Source: an uncultured Gammaproteobacteria bacterium (GTDB lineage Bacteria > Patescibacteriota > Microgenomatia > UBA1406 > GWC2-37-13). From it: a stretch of DNA of 64,000 bases. Every line of letters starts with the position of its first letter. The first letter of the stretch is position 1. The position numbers were made by a program, and so were the translations under genes. The notes under the pieces are model-generated. The model was not told where the DNA came from. It did not search any database and saw nothing but the letters and a program-made list of their open reading frames with translations. Below, in pieces: positions 38,428 through 48,679 of the stretch. The stretch covers positions 6,508 to 70,507 of the forward strand of contig CAZHVF010000001.1 in assembly GCA_964535635.1 (NCBI GenBank), read 5' to 3'.

Positions 38428-39210
38428 ATGCCCAGCAATGACGTATCAGTTCTCATCTATGCCTCCAATGACGAACGAAATATTGTTCGCGCGGTGACGA
38501 GTGCAAAACTTCTGAGTCCCCATGTTATCGTAATCGATATTGGGAGCACCGATCGAACCGCTCCCCTTGCCCGATCTGAAGGCGCCCGTGTACATTCTGT
38601 TGCGCATGTTTCAATTGTTGAGTTTGTTCGAATGAAAGGCATTCGAAATGTTCGTACCGGCTGGTTTTTTATCCTCGACTCGGATGAGGTGATCACCTCT
38701 GAGGTTGCCGATGAGGTACATCAAAGGATCTCGTCGACGAGCACCGATCTGCCGTCAATCGGGGCATATCGGGTTCCAAGAAAAAATATCTTTGGTGCAA
38801 CTACATGGCTGAAACATGGTGGGTGGTGGCCAGACGCACAGACAAGACTTATTCGAAAAGAAGCGCTCACTGATTGGCCGGCTGTCATCCACGCGACACC
38901 GGTAATCAACGGGCGAATCGAGCATCTTCACCATCCGATTCTTCACTATTCGCATGGCAATTTTCATGGGATGGTTGAAAAAACCATCGTCTTTGAAGGT
39001 ATCGAGTCTGATCTTCTCACTGCTGCAGGCAAACCTGCATCGGTGTTGATTTTTATGCGTAAGTTTCTTGGTGAACTCAATCGCAGAATGGTTCTCAACC
39101 TTGGATTTCTCGATGGATCTGCCGGAATCGCAGAGTCGATCTATCAAGCATTCTCCAAGACCATCACCTATTTATTTGTTTATGAAAAGTCGCATGCATC
39201 ACGTTCGTAA
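38428..39210 (+). CDS. GT2 glycosyltransferase
   Basis: VSVLIYASNDERNI, VIVIDIGSTDRT, FILDSDEV (DxD). TATAAT lies 8 nt upstream of the ATG. Confidence 0.8.
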   Translation: MPSNDVSVLIYASNDERNIVRAVTSAKLLSPHVIVIDIGSTDRTAPLARSEGARVHSVAHVSIVEFVRMKGIRNVRTGWFFILDSDEVITSEVADEVHQRISSTSTDLPSIGAYRVPRKNIFGATTWLKHGGWWPDAQTRLIRKEALTDWPAVIHATPVINGRIEHLHHPILHYSHGNFHGMVEKTIVFEGIESDLLTAAGKPASVLIFMRKFLGELNRRMVLNLGFLDGSAGIAESIYQAFSKTITYLFVYEKSHASRS

Positions 39211-40270
39211 GGTCGGACTGTACGACCCGTATCTCGATGTACTCGGTGGTGGAGAAAAGTATCTTCTTCAGATGCTCGCCACCTGCGAAGACCTCGGATA
39301 TCAGCCGACGATCTACTGGGATGCTGACCTAACTACTGAAATAAAGAACCGCCTCAACATCACCTTCAAGCACGTGCGTTTTGAAAAAAATATCTTTCAA
39401 GATGCATCACTCAACTCCTTCCAGCGATTTTTAAAACTCAAGGAATACGATGTGTTTCTCTACATTAGTGATGGAAGTTATTTCTTTTCTGGCGCAAAAA
39501 AAAACATCGTCCATGCCATGGTACCTCAACGACATCTGTATCTCGCATCTCAACTCAATAGAGTGAAACATCTCAACTGGCAGTTTGTCGCAAACTCACA
39601 CTTCACCCAATCGTTTCTTTCACGCTGGGGAGTGCGTTCGACCGTTCTCTATCCCTATCTCGACCAAAACTTCCTTGGATCCCCCCGAGCAAAAAAAGAG
39701 TCTCTGATTCTTTCGGTTGGTCGTTTTTTTGGAACACTTCATTCGAAAAACCACGAAGCGATGGTTGAGTTTTTTCTCAAGAACGAAAAAGTCTTTCATG
39801 GACACACCCTCGTACTCGCTGGTGGACTGAAGGATGAAGATCGATCGTACTTTGACAAGCTTGCAAAGCGCGTCGCTTCAAACGCTTCAATCATATTACG
39901 GCCAAATGTTTCGTATGACGAACTCCTGGGACTCTATCTGAAAGCTCGATACTACTGGCACTTTGCTGGATTCGGTATCGACGACCGCAAGCACCCAGAG
40001 CTCGTCGAACATCTCGGCATCACACCGATGGAAGCGATGGCGATGCGCGCGGTTCCGTTTTGCTTTAATGCCGGCGGTCCAAAAGAACTCATTGCGGACG
40101 GAGTAAATGGATATTTATTTGATTCGCTCTCGGAACTACGGGAAAAAATGAGCAAGGCAATGCGCAATGAAAAACAAACCCAGTTGGTCGCAGATCAGGC
40201 GCATGACTTTGCACAGAAAAATTTTTCCTATGACGTATATCGAAACAATATTAAACAGTTGATTCAATAA
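39182..40270 (+). CDS. GT4 (group 1) glycosyltransferase
   Basis: VGLYDPYLDVLGGGEKYL N-terminus and EHLGITPMEAMAMRAVPFCFNAGGPKELIADGVNGYLF C-terminal motif. Start is 39182 or 39194. Confidence 0.8.
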   Translation: MKSRMHHVRKVGLYDPYLDVLGGGEKYLLQMLATCEDLGYQPTIYWDADLTTEIKNRLNITFKHVRFEKNIFQDASLNSFQRFLKLKEYDVFLYISDGSYFFSGAKKNIVHAMVPQRHLYLASQLNRVKHLNWQFVANSHFTQSFLSRWGVRSTVLYPYLDQNFLGSPRAKKESLILSVGRFFGTLHSKNHEAMVEFFLKNEKVFHGHTLVLAGGLKDEDRSYFDKLAKRVASNASIILRPNVSYDELLGLYLKARYYWHFAGFGIDDRKHPELVEHLGITPMEAMAMRAVPFCFNAGGPKELIADGVNGYLFDSLSELREKMSKAMRNEKQTQLVADQAHDFAQKNFSYDVYRNNIKQLIQ

Positions 40271-40278
40271 ATCGATTT

Positions 40279-41118
40279 ATGTTGAGCGTTGTTATTCCCG
40301 TTTACAAAAAGACCGACGACTTTGTTGCGAACCTGAAACATAATCTCCCCCACCTCAATGGGTATGAGATCATCGTGGTGAATGACGATCCGACCACAAG
40401 TATTCGTGATGTAATGAAACCGTTTCCTGTTCGGCTGATCGAAAATAAAACAAATCTTGGATTTGCAGGAGCGGTGAATGAAGGAATTCGAGCATGCACG
40501 AAGCCGTATATTTTCTTATTAAATTCAGATGTGCTTCTGTCGAATGCCGACGTTGAAAAAACAGTGAAGAAGTTTGAGAGTGACGATCGCTTGTTTGCAG
40601 TAGCACTTGCTCAGAAGGAGTCCGACGGGACGATTGTCGGAAAGAATGAGCTGTACTGGTCGCACGGTCTCCTCAACCATCGAAGAGCGCTCGACCTTAC
40701 TCCTGGCGAGAATGGATGGGCAGAGGGAGGATCTTCAGTATTTCGACGAGACCTCCTTCAACAACTTTCAGGATTTGACCCAATTTTTAAACCGTTTTAC
40801 TGGGAAGATATCGAGCTTTCCTATCGCGCAAAGAAACGTGGATATAAAACAGTGTTCGACCCTACGATCGTTGTACTTCATCATCATGAATCAACGATCG
40901 GCACCTTCTGGTCTAGGCGTGCGATTGATGTCATCGCAACAAGAAATCAAATCCTCACGTCGTGGAAGTTTCTCGGCGATACGAATGTTCTGATGCACTG
41001 CGCATATCTCATCATCCACTCATTGCGAAGCATCGTTGGAGGAAACTTCATCTTTGTGGAAGGACTTGCAAACGCTACTCTCTTTTTATTTCGACCGGCA
41101 TTTTATACAATTCGATAA
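40279..41118 (+). CDS. GT2 glycosyltransferase
   Basis: LSVVIPVYKK, IIVVNDDP, GFAGAVNEGI, LNSDV, YWEDIELSYRAKKRGYK. Confidence 0.85.
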   Translation: MLSVVIPVYKKTDDFVANLKHNLPHLNGYEIIVVNDDPTTSIRDVMKPFPVRLIENKTNLGFAGAVNEGIRACTKPYIFLLNSDVLLSNADVEKTVKKFESDDRLFAVALAQKESDGTIVGKNELYWSHGLLNHRRALDLTPGENGWAEGGSSVFRRDLLQQLSGFDPIFKPFYWEDIELSYRAKKRGYKTVFDPTIVVLHHHESTIGTFWSRRAIDVIATRNQILTSWKFLGDTNVLMHCAYLIIHSLRSIVGGNFIFVEGLANATLFLFRPAFYTIR

Positions 41119-41119
41119 C

Positions 41120-42739
41120 ATGCTCAAAAAGTATTTTGTCATCATCGCACTCACACTCATCACAGTCATTACCGCTACGCTTCACTTCATTCGACCGGGT
41201 GTTCCCTGTCTAAACGCAGATGATGTTTCGTTTGGATACAACGCGTACTCGATCGCGATGACCGGAAAGGACGAATACGGCACACCGTTCCCCGCTCGCT
41301 TCAAGGCATTTGGTGAAAACAAACTTCCGGTTCTCGCATACCTAGCAGCACCGTTTACAAAGATTCTTGGCACATCCGATCTTGCCATTCGGCTCCCACT
41401 CCACCTCGTTGGAATACTCTTTCCGCTCGTGATGTTTGCTTTTGCACAACAACTCCTTAAACGAAGGAGCATCGCAGTTATCGCGGCATTACTCACCGGA
41501 GTTTCGGGTTGGATTCAGATTACAACCCGTCACTCACACGAAGTCTCACTTTCTGCGTTCTGGATTGTCATTGCACTCACACTGTTTGTAAGGTTTTTTG
41601 AAGAAAAACGAACATCGTTATTTCTATGGTTTAGTGTAGCGAACGGACTCTCGCTATTCACCTACCATCTCGGGAAACTGATCCAACCATTTTTGATGGC
41701 TTGGTTCATTGTATTTACATGGTTCAATCACGCAACTAAAGTAAAACGGTGGGTAATGTATGGAGTAATCTTTGCCGCACCACTTCTTCTGTTTACCTAC
41801 ACCGAATTGCGCACTCCGACCAATCGCATCGGAAACCTTGTGTTTTACAACAACGCAGGCTTCACACTCGATATTGAACAACGAAGAGGGGAGGATAATA
41901 ATCGATTACTCAACAATAAGCTTACCCAGGGAGTTCAGGTGGTTGCTCGGAACTACTTCACCTACCTATCGCCTTCGTATCTGAGCTTCACCGGAGATGA
42001 TAACCCACGATTTTGGTATCTGGGAATGAGTCCGATTACCCCCACTGAGTATCTTCTGCTTCTCATCGGCCTTTATTATTTATTCAAAACAAAACAGAAG
42101 TACCGATGGTTTCTCGTCTCATTACTCTTGTGGTCACCGGCATCTGCGGCGCTCGCGTGGGCTGGCACATCGATGACGCGCAACTTCCTCTCGATCGTCC
42201 CGATCCTCACCATTACTTCTTACGGCGTGTATGAGCTCTATCGCGAGCTTCGATCTTCATATTGGGGTCCTGTTGTTGCGTGTGCGCTCCTTGGATCATT
42301 TGCGTTTTTTCAGATTACGACATGGGACTTTTACTTCAACCACTATCCGAAGCGCGCGATGGTTATTCGCGCAACCGAATGCGGGTATACAGAACTCGCC
42401 CAGTATGTCCGTGCAAACTACTCCCACTTTAAAAAGTTCTACATCACGAAAGAACACGGGCAACCGTACGCACACCTCCTCTACAATCTGCAGTACGATC
42501 CCGCAACCTATCAGCCGCAGTCTCAACTCACCGCTCCAGATAAATATGGCTTCGGGCAGGTGGAAGGGTTTGACAAGTTCATCTTTCATATCCCAAATAC
42601 CCTCTCGGAAAAAGGAGTTGTCTATATCGGCTATCCGGAGGAGTTACGAAATCGACCTGACTTCAACTCGTCAGATGAACAACATCTCAAAACAATTCGT
42701 GTTGGCTCCGAAACGATCTTCAGTATTCTTGAGCGCTAA
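41120..42739 (+). CDS. GT-C membrane glycosyltransferase (PMT_2/GT39-like)
   Basis: 539 aa from ATG 41120. First loop LNADDVSFGYNAYSIAMTGKDEYG, more than 10 TMs, C-terminal soluble domain. Confidence 0.75.
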   Translation: MLKKYFVIIALTLITVITATLHFIRPGVPCLNADDVSFGYNAYSIAMTGKDEYGTPFPARFKAFGENKLPVLAYLAAPFTKILGTSDLAIRLPLHLVGILFPLVMFAFAQQLLKRRSIAVIAALLTGVSGWIQITTRHSHEVSLSAFWIVIALTLFVRFFEEKRTSLFLWFSVANGLSLFTYHLGKLIQPFLMAWFIVFTWFNHATKVKRWVMYGVIFAAPLLLFTYTELRTPTNRIGNLVFYNNAGFTLDIEQRRGEDNNRLLNNKLTQGVQVVARNYFTYLSPSYLSFTGDDNPRFWYLGMSPITPTEYLLLLIGLYYLFKTKQKYRWFLVSLLLWSPASAALAWAGTSMTRNFLSIVPILTITSYGVYELYRELRSSYWGPVVACALLGSFAFFQITTWDFYFNHYPKRAMVIRATECGYTELAQYVRANYSHFKKFYITKEHGQPYAHLLYNLQYDPATYQPQSQLTAPDKYGFGQVEGFDKFIFHIPNTLSEKGVVYIGYPEELRNRPDFNSSDEQHLKTIRVGSETIFSILER

Positions 42740-42742
42740 CGC

Positions 42743-43378
42743 TCACATGAAGGTGTAGACAGTGAGAAGATACAAAAACTTTATCATGATCGGTGCATAA
42801 ACCGACCTTCGATAGACATAGAGAAATGAGAGTGCAAGATTCAAAGACAGCTGTAACACCAGCACCTGCATCAAAATCGTTCCCGTGAGCCCTTGTGTGG
42901 TAAACAGGAGCGGCACATTCAGAAAGAAGTTCAGTACGCTCGCATAGATTACTGGAATGATGTACCCTTTCGAATCCTTGAGGAGACGCTCCAACACAAA
43001 TCCTTGCGACAGTATCACCTCGGTAATCGCCGTTGCAAGCGCCGGAATAACAAGCCAAAGAAGTTTTTTGTCGAGGTAGGGCTGTACATTTCCGAGAAGA
43101 ACTACGGAGCCGAGAAATCCAAGCCCGACGACGAGACCAATGAGTACTTCGAGCCATGCCGACTTCGCTTTGAGACCAATTGAGGCGAGAAGTTTCTTCT
43201 TCTCAAACTTCGTGATGAAGATATATACTGGAACGATAAAAAATACCGGCTTTGCGACAAGCTCATCAAACCAGAGTCCGAGATCTGCCTTGAACGCCGC
43301 TCGGTAGAAGCTCCATGCAATCATCGCAATCGCCCAGATATTGAGAACTCGTTCGGTGTACGACAGCTTACTTTTCAT
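42743..43378 (-). CDS. CPBP/Abi (CAAX protease)-like membrane protein with degenerate catalytic motifs
   Basis: 211 aa, 6-7 TMs. ITEVILSQGFVLERL stands in place of EExxxR, and the later H motifs are replaced (VLNFFLN, LSLNLAL). Confidence 0.5.
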   Translation of the reverse strand: MKSKLSYTERVLNIWAIAMIAWSFYRAAFKADLGLWFDELVAKPVFFIVPVYIFITKFEKKKLLASIGLKAKSAWLEVLIGLVVGLGFLGSVVLLGNVQPYLDKKLLWLVIPALATAITEVILSQGFVLERLLKDSKGYIIPVIYASVLNFFLNVPLLFTTQGLTGTILMQVLVLQLSLNLALSFLYVYRRSVYAPIMIKFLYLLTVYTFM

Positions 43379-43431
43379 ACCGCAAGAATTATCTACACTC
43401 TACAAGAACAAAATCGTGTTTGCAAGAAGAA

Positions 43432-43644
43432 TTAATAGGTGATTCTCCGGAGACCAATCTTGAGCGCGCGCGAAATCTTATATAACGTGCGAAGGGAAGG
43501 ATTCACCTTACCCCGCTCAATTCGCGTAATGTATGTGCGGTCGATGTCCGACATGAATGCGAGTTCTTCCTGGGTATATGAACGGAGTTTTCTTGCTCTA
43601 CAGATGCGCTCGCCGATACGCTTATAGTAGTAATTTCCTCTCAT
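43432..43644 (-). CDS. XRE-family helix-turn-helix transcriptional regulator
   Basis: 70 aa. IGERICRARKLRSYTQEELAFMSDIDRTYITRIERGKVNPSLRTLYKISRAL is a canonical HTH_3 sequence. Confidence 0.82.
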   Translation of the reverse strand: MRGNYYYKRIGERICRARKLRSYTQEELAFMSDIDRTYITRIERGKVNPSLRTLYKISRALKIGLRRITY

Positions 43645-43759
43645 TACCTACCACAATAGGTTAGTTCATTCTTCTTGTCTGTAGATTATATGCTACAAAA
43701 ACCGGGTACCAGCCTATAGAAAGGCTCTGAAAAAGCTGAATTACCACACAGTGGGCATA

Positions 43760-44851
43760 TTATTCAAGGAAGTCCTTGAGTTTACGTGCGCGGGTCGGAT
43801 GTTTGAGTTTTCTGATTGCCTTTGCCTCGATCTGTCGGATACGTTCTCGGGTAACCTTAAATTCCTTTCCAACCTCTTCGAGGGTTTTTTGTTTGGAATC
43901 TTCAAGCCCAAAACGCATCATGAGAACTTTGCGCTCTCTTGGCGAGAGTGTGTCGAGCACTTTATTCAGGGCATCCTTGAGAAGCTCCTTCGCTACCTTG
44001 TCATACAATGTGGGCTGGCTTGAGTCGGTAATAAACTGCTCGAGCGTGGTTTCTTTATCATCGCCAATTGGGGTAGAGAGTGATTTTGGCTGCTGTGAGA
44101 TTCGCATTAAGTTCTCCACCTCTTCAACGGTAATTTCCATATCCTTAGCAATCTCCTTGAGCTTCGGATCACGCCCAAATTTTTGCGTGAGTCGTCGTTG
44201 TGTTTTGTAAAAACGGTTGATCTGGTCCACCATATGCACCGGAATACGAATCGTTCTTGACTGATCTGCGATTGCACGCGTGATCGCCTGTCGAATCCAC
44301 CAGGTTGCATAGGTTGAGAATTTAAATCCTCGTCTCCAGTCATATTTTTCAACACCTCGAATCAACCCCTTGTTTCCCTCTTGGATCAAGTCGAGGAATG
44401 ACAGTCGTCTTCCAAGATATTTCTTTGCGATCGATACCACAAGTCGAAGATTTGCACGAATGAGGAGTTCCTTTGCCTCTTCATCGCCTTTTTCATACCG
44501 TTTCGCGAGATCAACCTCTTGCTCAAACTTCAGCAGTGGCGTTTTCCCAATTTCCTTTAGATACTTTTTGATCGGATCGAGCGACTCACCGTGACGAGCG
44601 GTAATGAGTTGTTCAATTTCTCGCTCAATCTCTTCCGCTGATTTTTTCGCATCCTCTTCCTCTCTCGTTGAAACGGTCTCGAAGATATCAATCCCACGTT
44701 GGAGTGCCTCATCGAAAAAAACATCAATGTCACCGATGTGATTTTCCGGCTCTGGGTAGACTAATAGAATGTCGTCCTGCACCAAAAAACCATCCTCTTC
44801 GCCTTGATTCAGGAGTTCAATGAGAGATTTAGGGAGTTTGTGCTTCTGCAT
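43760..44851 (-). CDS. rpoD: primary RNA polymerase sigma factor (sigma-70)
   Basis: Region 2 [20 protein letters not shown], region 3, region 4 [27 protein letters not shown]. Follows dnaG. Confidence 0.95.
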   Translation of the reverse strand: MQKHKLPKSLIELLNQGEEDGFLVQDDILLVYPEPENHIGDIDVFFDEALQRGIDIFETVSTREEEDAKKSAEEIEREIEQLITARHGESLDPIKKYLKEIGKTPLLKFEQEVDLAKRYEKGDEEAKELLIRANLRLVVSIAKKYLGRRLSFLDLIQEGNKGLIRGVEKYDWRRGFKFSTYATWWIRQAITRAIADQSRTIRIPVHMVDQINRFYKTQRRLTQKFGRDPKLKEIAKDMEITVEEVENLMRISQQPKSLSTPIGDDKETTLEQFITDSSQPTLYDKVAKELLKDALNKVLDTLSPRERKVLMMRFGLEDSKQKTLEEVGKEFKVTRERIRQIEAKAIRKLKHPTRARKLKDFLE

Positions 44852-44861
44852 AGCTTCAATT

Positions 44862-46622
44862 TTATAACAAAGCGAGCCTTTTTTCCACCTCTGTTAACCC
44901 CGTTGTCAGCTCTCCAACCGCCTCATTTTGGGCTTCTTCAGTGCCCGAACCAAGCACTTCCTGAATCAACCGCTTATACATGATTCGCTTGAGCTCAAGC
45001 GCCACCTTCACACTCTTCTCTTCTCCGAGTCCTTCCTCATACGAGGCAAATAGAAACAGCTCGTCGAAGACCGGAACGAGCTCGGGAGCAAGACCCTGAG
45101 CAAACACCTCACTTGTCTGCGCTGGGTGATCTTCATGAAATGTTCGGTACCGGACGAACAATGCTCGGTATGCGGGAACCGTGAACATTCGCTCGTCAAT
45201 CTCCTTCAGTACTTCATCGTATCCCTCTCTTTTTTGCAGTACGCTTCCCAGGACATACTTCTGGAGTGTGAGATCACGAGACGACTGCACCGGCTGCTCA
45301 GACACGCCCTCCTGTTTTCGTGTTTGTCGGAACGACGTCTTCCTCGAGTACATTGTTTTTTGCACACTCTCCTCACTGATGTCGAGGAGCTCAGCAGTTT
45401 TTTTGATGTAGTGCGACTTAATAACAGGGTTCTGAATCGTGGTAATGTAGCGAGACATTTCTTCGGCAATCTTCTTTTTTGCAAACGGATCATCTCCGGA
45501 ACTCTGCTTCAGGAGGGACTGGAGCACAAAGTCGTATATGGGAACTCGATCGGCGAGGGATTTTTTAAATCCAGGAAGATCGTTCCTCACCGCTTCGTCT
45601 GGATCCTTTACCGAGTCGAGCGACATGACCTCGATTTCAAAGTCCAACGCTTCCGCCTCCTGCGCGCCTCGCTTCACCGCTTCGATACCGGTTGCATCCG
45701 CATCAAGCGCAAACACAATCCGTGTCGCGTACCGCTTCAAGAGCATTAACTGTTCTTTTGTAATCGCCGATCCCTTTACCGCAACTACGTTTTCAATGCC
45801 GTACTGATACGGTGAAATCACATCGAACTCACCCTCAACCAGAATGGAGTACCCTTCTTTTTTAATTGCGTCCTTCGCGGTATAAATCCCAAACAATGAC
45901 TCTCGCTTGTGGTAGATGGACGTCTCCGGTGTATTTACATACTTTGAACCGGGATTGTCTTTCTGTTCTTTTAATACTCTCCCGGAAAAAGCGATGATGT
46001 TGCCACGACTATCTTTGATGGGAAATACCAGCCGGCCTCGAAATCGGTCATACCGAGACTTGCGCTCGGTCACAACGGTGAGACCGACCGCATCCATCTC
46101 CTGCAGAGTCACATGCTTCTTTAACAGATAGTTCATCAACGAATCCCATGAATCTGGGGCGTATCCAATCTGGAATGTGCTCGCAATTTCCGATCGAATA
46201 CCTCTTGTCTCAAGGTAGGTACGCGCCGTAGCTCCGATCGGCGTCTTTTCAAGTACATATTGATAATAGTCGGCTGCCAGCTTATTGATCGAGTAGAGCC
46301 GGTCCTTTGACCGTAACCCTTCATCGTCAATATTCGAAAACGAGATATTGAGGCTGTATCGACGAGAAAGCTCCTGAGCCGCTTCAAAGAACGTCAGTCC
46401 TTCCATCTTCATGACAAACGAGATGACATCGCCTCCTTCGTTACAGGATCCAAAACAATGCCAGATTTGTCGGTCGGGTGAAATGAAAAAAGACGGAGAC
46501 TTTTCTTTATGAAACGGGCAGACCGCTTTGAAGTTGCGCCCCGCACGCTTGACCGGAATATAGGACTGAATTACATCGACAACATCTACCTTCTTCTTAA
46601 TCTCATCGGCTACGCTTACCAT
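44862..46622 (-). CDS. dnaG: DNA primase
   Basis: Zn ribbon [38 protein letters not shown]...DAD. ATG 46622 is preferred (TGGTACAAT extended -10 lies 6 nt upstream); the GTG 46646 extension would contain that box. Confidence 0.93.
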   Translation of the reverse strand: MVSVADEIKKKVDVVDVIQSYIPVKRAGRNFKAVCPFHKEKSPSFFISPDRQIWHCFGSCNEGGDVISFVMKMEGLTFFEAAQELSRRYSLNISFSNIDDEGLRSKDRLYSINKLAADYYQYVLEKTPIGATARTYLETRGIRSEIASTFQIGYAPDSWDSLMNYLLKKHVTLQEMDAVGLTVVTERKSRYDRFRGRLVFPIKDSRGNIIAFSGRVLKEQKDNPGSKYVNTPETSIYHKRESLFGIYTAKDAIKKEGYSILVEGEFDVISPYQYGIENVVAVKGSAITKEQLMLLKRYATRIVFALDADATGIEAVKRGAQEAEALDFEIEVMSLDSVKDPDEAVRNDLPGFKKSLADRVPIYDFVLQSLLKQSSGDDPFAKKKIAEEMSRYITTIQNPVIKSHYIKKTAELLDISEESVQKTMYSRKTSFRQTRKQEGVSEQPVQSSRDLTLQKYVLGSVLQKREGYDEVLKEIDERMFTVPAYRALFVRYRTFHEDHPAQTSEVFAQGLAPELVPVFDELFLFASYEEGLGEEKSVKVALELKRIMYKRLIQEVLGSGTEEAQNEAVGELTTGLTEVEKRLALL

Positions 46623-46734
46623 CGCCACATTGTACCATTCCTCCACCGAAACTTATAGTTTTACCGAATATTCATCGGTTCTCGCGCTCCTCCCAGACGA
46701 TTAGCCTTGTAATCTGAAAAGAGAGGTGGTTATA

Positions 46735-48216
46735 ATGATTTATAGCGGTATGATATATATTCACATTGAGTCGCATCAGATTAAGATACTCGCGCTGAAA
46801 AAATCTCTTCTTGGTCAGTATGAAGTCACAACCTTCGAAAAGAAACACGAGACAGAACTCCTGAATGAAGGGAAGGTAGTCAATGTTGATGTTCTCGCAT
46901 CCGCTCTCAAAGAGGGAATTACACATGCGAATGCATTGGCCGATAAAGAGGTTGTTCTTGTTCTCCCCCATGCATCCTTTGGGTTTATGAAGGTCGATGT
47001 TCCGTCCGACATTGCGAATGCTGCGATTACCACATTCGTCCAGGACAAAGCGCTCGCAACCATGCAACTTGACCTCTCGACAAGCTACACAAACTACATC
47101 GTAAAGGATGTTGGTGCTCAAAAACAGGTGTCGTTTTACGCCATCGATCTTGCAACGATCGATTCATACAACGAGGCACTCTCGCTGCTCGGACTGAAAG
47201 CACAGAGCATCATTCCAGAAACACTCGCCATCTTCAAACTTTTTGAAAAAACACTCCGACAGGAGAAAAAAGAAAATATCTGGTATGTCTCGTACAGTGG
47301 ATCCGACCTCAGTGGATATCTGTTCGACTCAGGTGGACCAACGCCACAAGCCCAATGGAAAGCTAAGCTTGCCGAAGGACAAAAAATAGAAGAGGTCATG
47401 AAGGAACAAACGGATCGATTCGAAGCAGACGGAACGAAGCTTAATCGAATCATTCTTTCCGGAAACGCGTCGGACAGCGTGCGACAAGACACGTTCACAA
47501 AGGCTGTTGGCGCGTGGACAAACCCACTCAAACGAATCATTCCCAACTTCTATGATGTCTATCTCAAAACGCTAGTGATCCCAACCGGAACTACCTTCCC
47601 AATCCTCAGTTTTGATGTTTGTTTTGGAGCATTTGTCTTTATGCAGGAGAATAAAGAGTTCCAGCTACTGAAGAATCCTCCAAAAACCGCAAAAGGAAAG
47701 GGAATCTCACTCTCAATGCCGAAGATACCATTGTTCCGAAAGGAGCTTCTCATCTTCCTCGTTGCGTTTGGACTTTCGTTTGGAGCGTTTTTTGCAGTAT
47801 CGAGAATGAGCAATACATCGCTCAAACTACCGACCATAACCCTCCCAGCGATCTCAAATCCATTTGCGAGGGTGCGACCTACACCAACTACAGCTCCTAC
47901 CGCAACTCCAACGCCGACTCCGAGCTATGAGAAAGAAACACTGAGAGTAAAGATCCTGAACGGTGCTGGGACCCCGGGTATTGCGAGCACCGCAAAGAAA
48001 CTACTATCAGACGGTGGCTTCAAAGAGATTGTAACGGCAAACGCAGACAACTACGACTATACAACAACGGTCTACCAGGTCAAAAAGAAGTTCAAGGGTG
48101 TTGAAACCGATCTTACCGCCGCACTCGATGGAAGTGTATCGAAACCGAAGATTGAAACGCTGGACGACGAAGATACCTCCGACGTCATCGTAATCTTGGG
48201 ATCAGATTTTAAATAA
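46735..48216 (+). CDS. PilM-like (actin-fold) N-terminal domain - TM - Pro/Thr linker - LytR_C domain fusion protein
   Basis: N-terminal ~330 aa resemble PilM/FtsA-like assembly ATPase-fold proteins. TM LLIFLVAFGLSFGAFFAV, PTPTTAPTATPTPTPS linker, C-terminal LRVKILNGAGTPGIASTAKKLL...VIVILGSDF (LytR_C pattern). GAGAGGTGG RBS before the ATG. Confidence 0.68.
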   Translation: MIYSGMIYIHIESHQIKILALKKSLLGQYEVTTFEKKHETELLNEGKVVNVDVLASALKEGITHANALADKEVVLVLPHASFGFMKVDVPSDIANAAITTFVQDKALATMQLDLSTSYTNYIVKDVGAQKQVSFYAIDLATIDSYNEALSLLGLKAQSIIPETLAIFKLFEKTLRQEKKENIWYVSYSGSDLSGYLFDSGGPTPQAQWKAKLAEGQKIEEVMKEQTDRFEADGTKLNRIILSGNASDSVRQDTFTKAVGAWTNPLKRIIPNFYDVYLKTLVIPTGTTFPILSFDVCFGAFVFMQENKEFQLLKNPPKTAKGKGISLSMPKIPLFRKELLIFLVAFGLSFGAFFAVSRMSNTSLKLPTITLPAISNPFARVRPTPTTAPTATPTPTPSYEKETLRVKILNGAGTPGIASTAKKLLSDGGFKEIVTANADNYDYTTTVYQVKKKFKGVETDLTAALDGSVSKPKIETLDDEDTSDVIVILGSDFK

Positions 48217-48226
48217 CGCAATCGAG

Positions 48227-48634
48227 ATGAAAGCTTCCCGCTCAACTCGTCTTTCAAACGCCGTAAGTATCGTGAGCCTTGGTCTCGTAGCGATACTGGG
48301 CCTATTCACACTCGCCCATTCACAACCGTCGACTCCTACGGTGCTCGGCGCGACAACGATTCAACGAACCGTTTCGGTGGGTGGCACTTCATACTCCTGC
48401 ACAGCGATGAACTGTGCGCAAAATAAAACAAGCTCGGACTGTAGAAACAGTTTTGATAATCGTGGAAAGGGTGTCTGCTACTGGAACCTCAGCAAATCCA
48501 CCTGCACAGGAAGCCAAATCTACAAAACACCGATTACTTCGTACGGGAACATCAATCTGCAGGTTCGAAAACTGAACAAAGCGAACGATCTGAAAACTCC
48601 AGAGCTGATGTGGTACAACTGCAGAAAGCGATAA
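48227..48634 (+). CDS. secreted/anchored six-cysteine module protein, paralog 1 (module only)
   Basis: 135 aa: N-terminal hydrophobic anchor, then a ~95-aa module with 6 Cys (YSCTAMNC...DC...GVCYW...STC...LNLQ...WYNCRKR). Confidence 0.7.
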   Translation: MKASRSTRLSNAVSIVSLGLVAILGLFTLAHSQPSTPTVLGATTIQRTVSVGGTSYSCTAMNCAQNKTSSDCRNSFDNRGKGVCYWNLSKSTCTGSQIYKTPITSYGNINLQVRKLNKANDLKTPELMWYNCRKR

Positions 48635-48679
48635 TTCTCCCTTGACATGACATCGAAGAATAGTGAATAATGATCTATC

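Noticed and set aside
42231-43157. Alternative-frame ORFs 42231..42758 (+) and 42720..43157 (-)
   Set aside because: They overlap the GT-C gene and the CPBP-like gene respectively. Their translations are Ser/Arg-rich shadow frames.
46672-47121. 149-aa - strand ORF overlapping the start of the PilM-like gene
   Set aside because: It is Cys/Asn/Phe-rich with no motif. It is antisense to a better-supported ORF that has a strong RBS.
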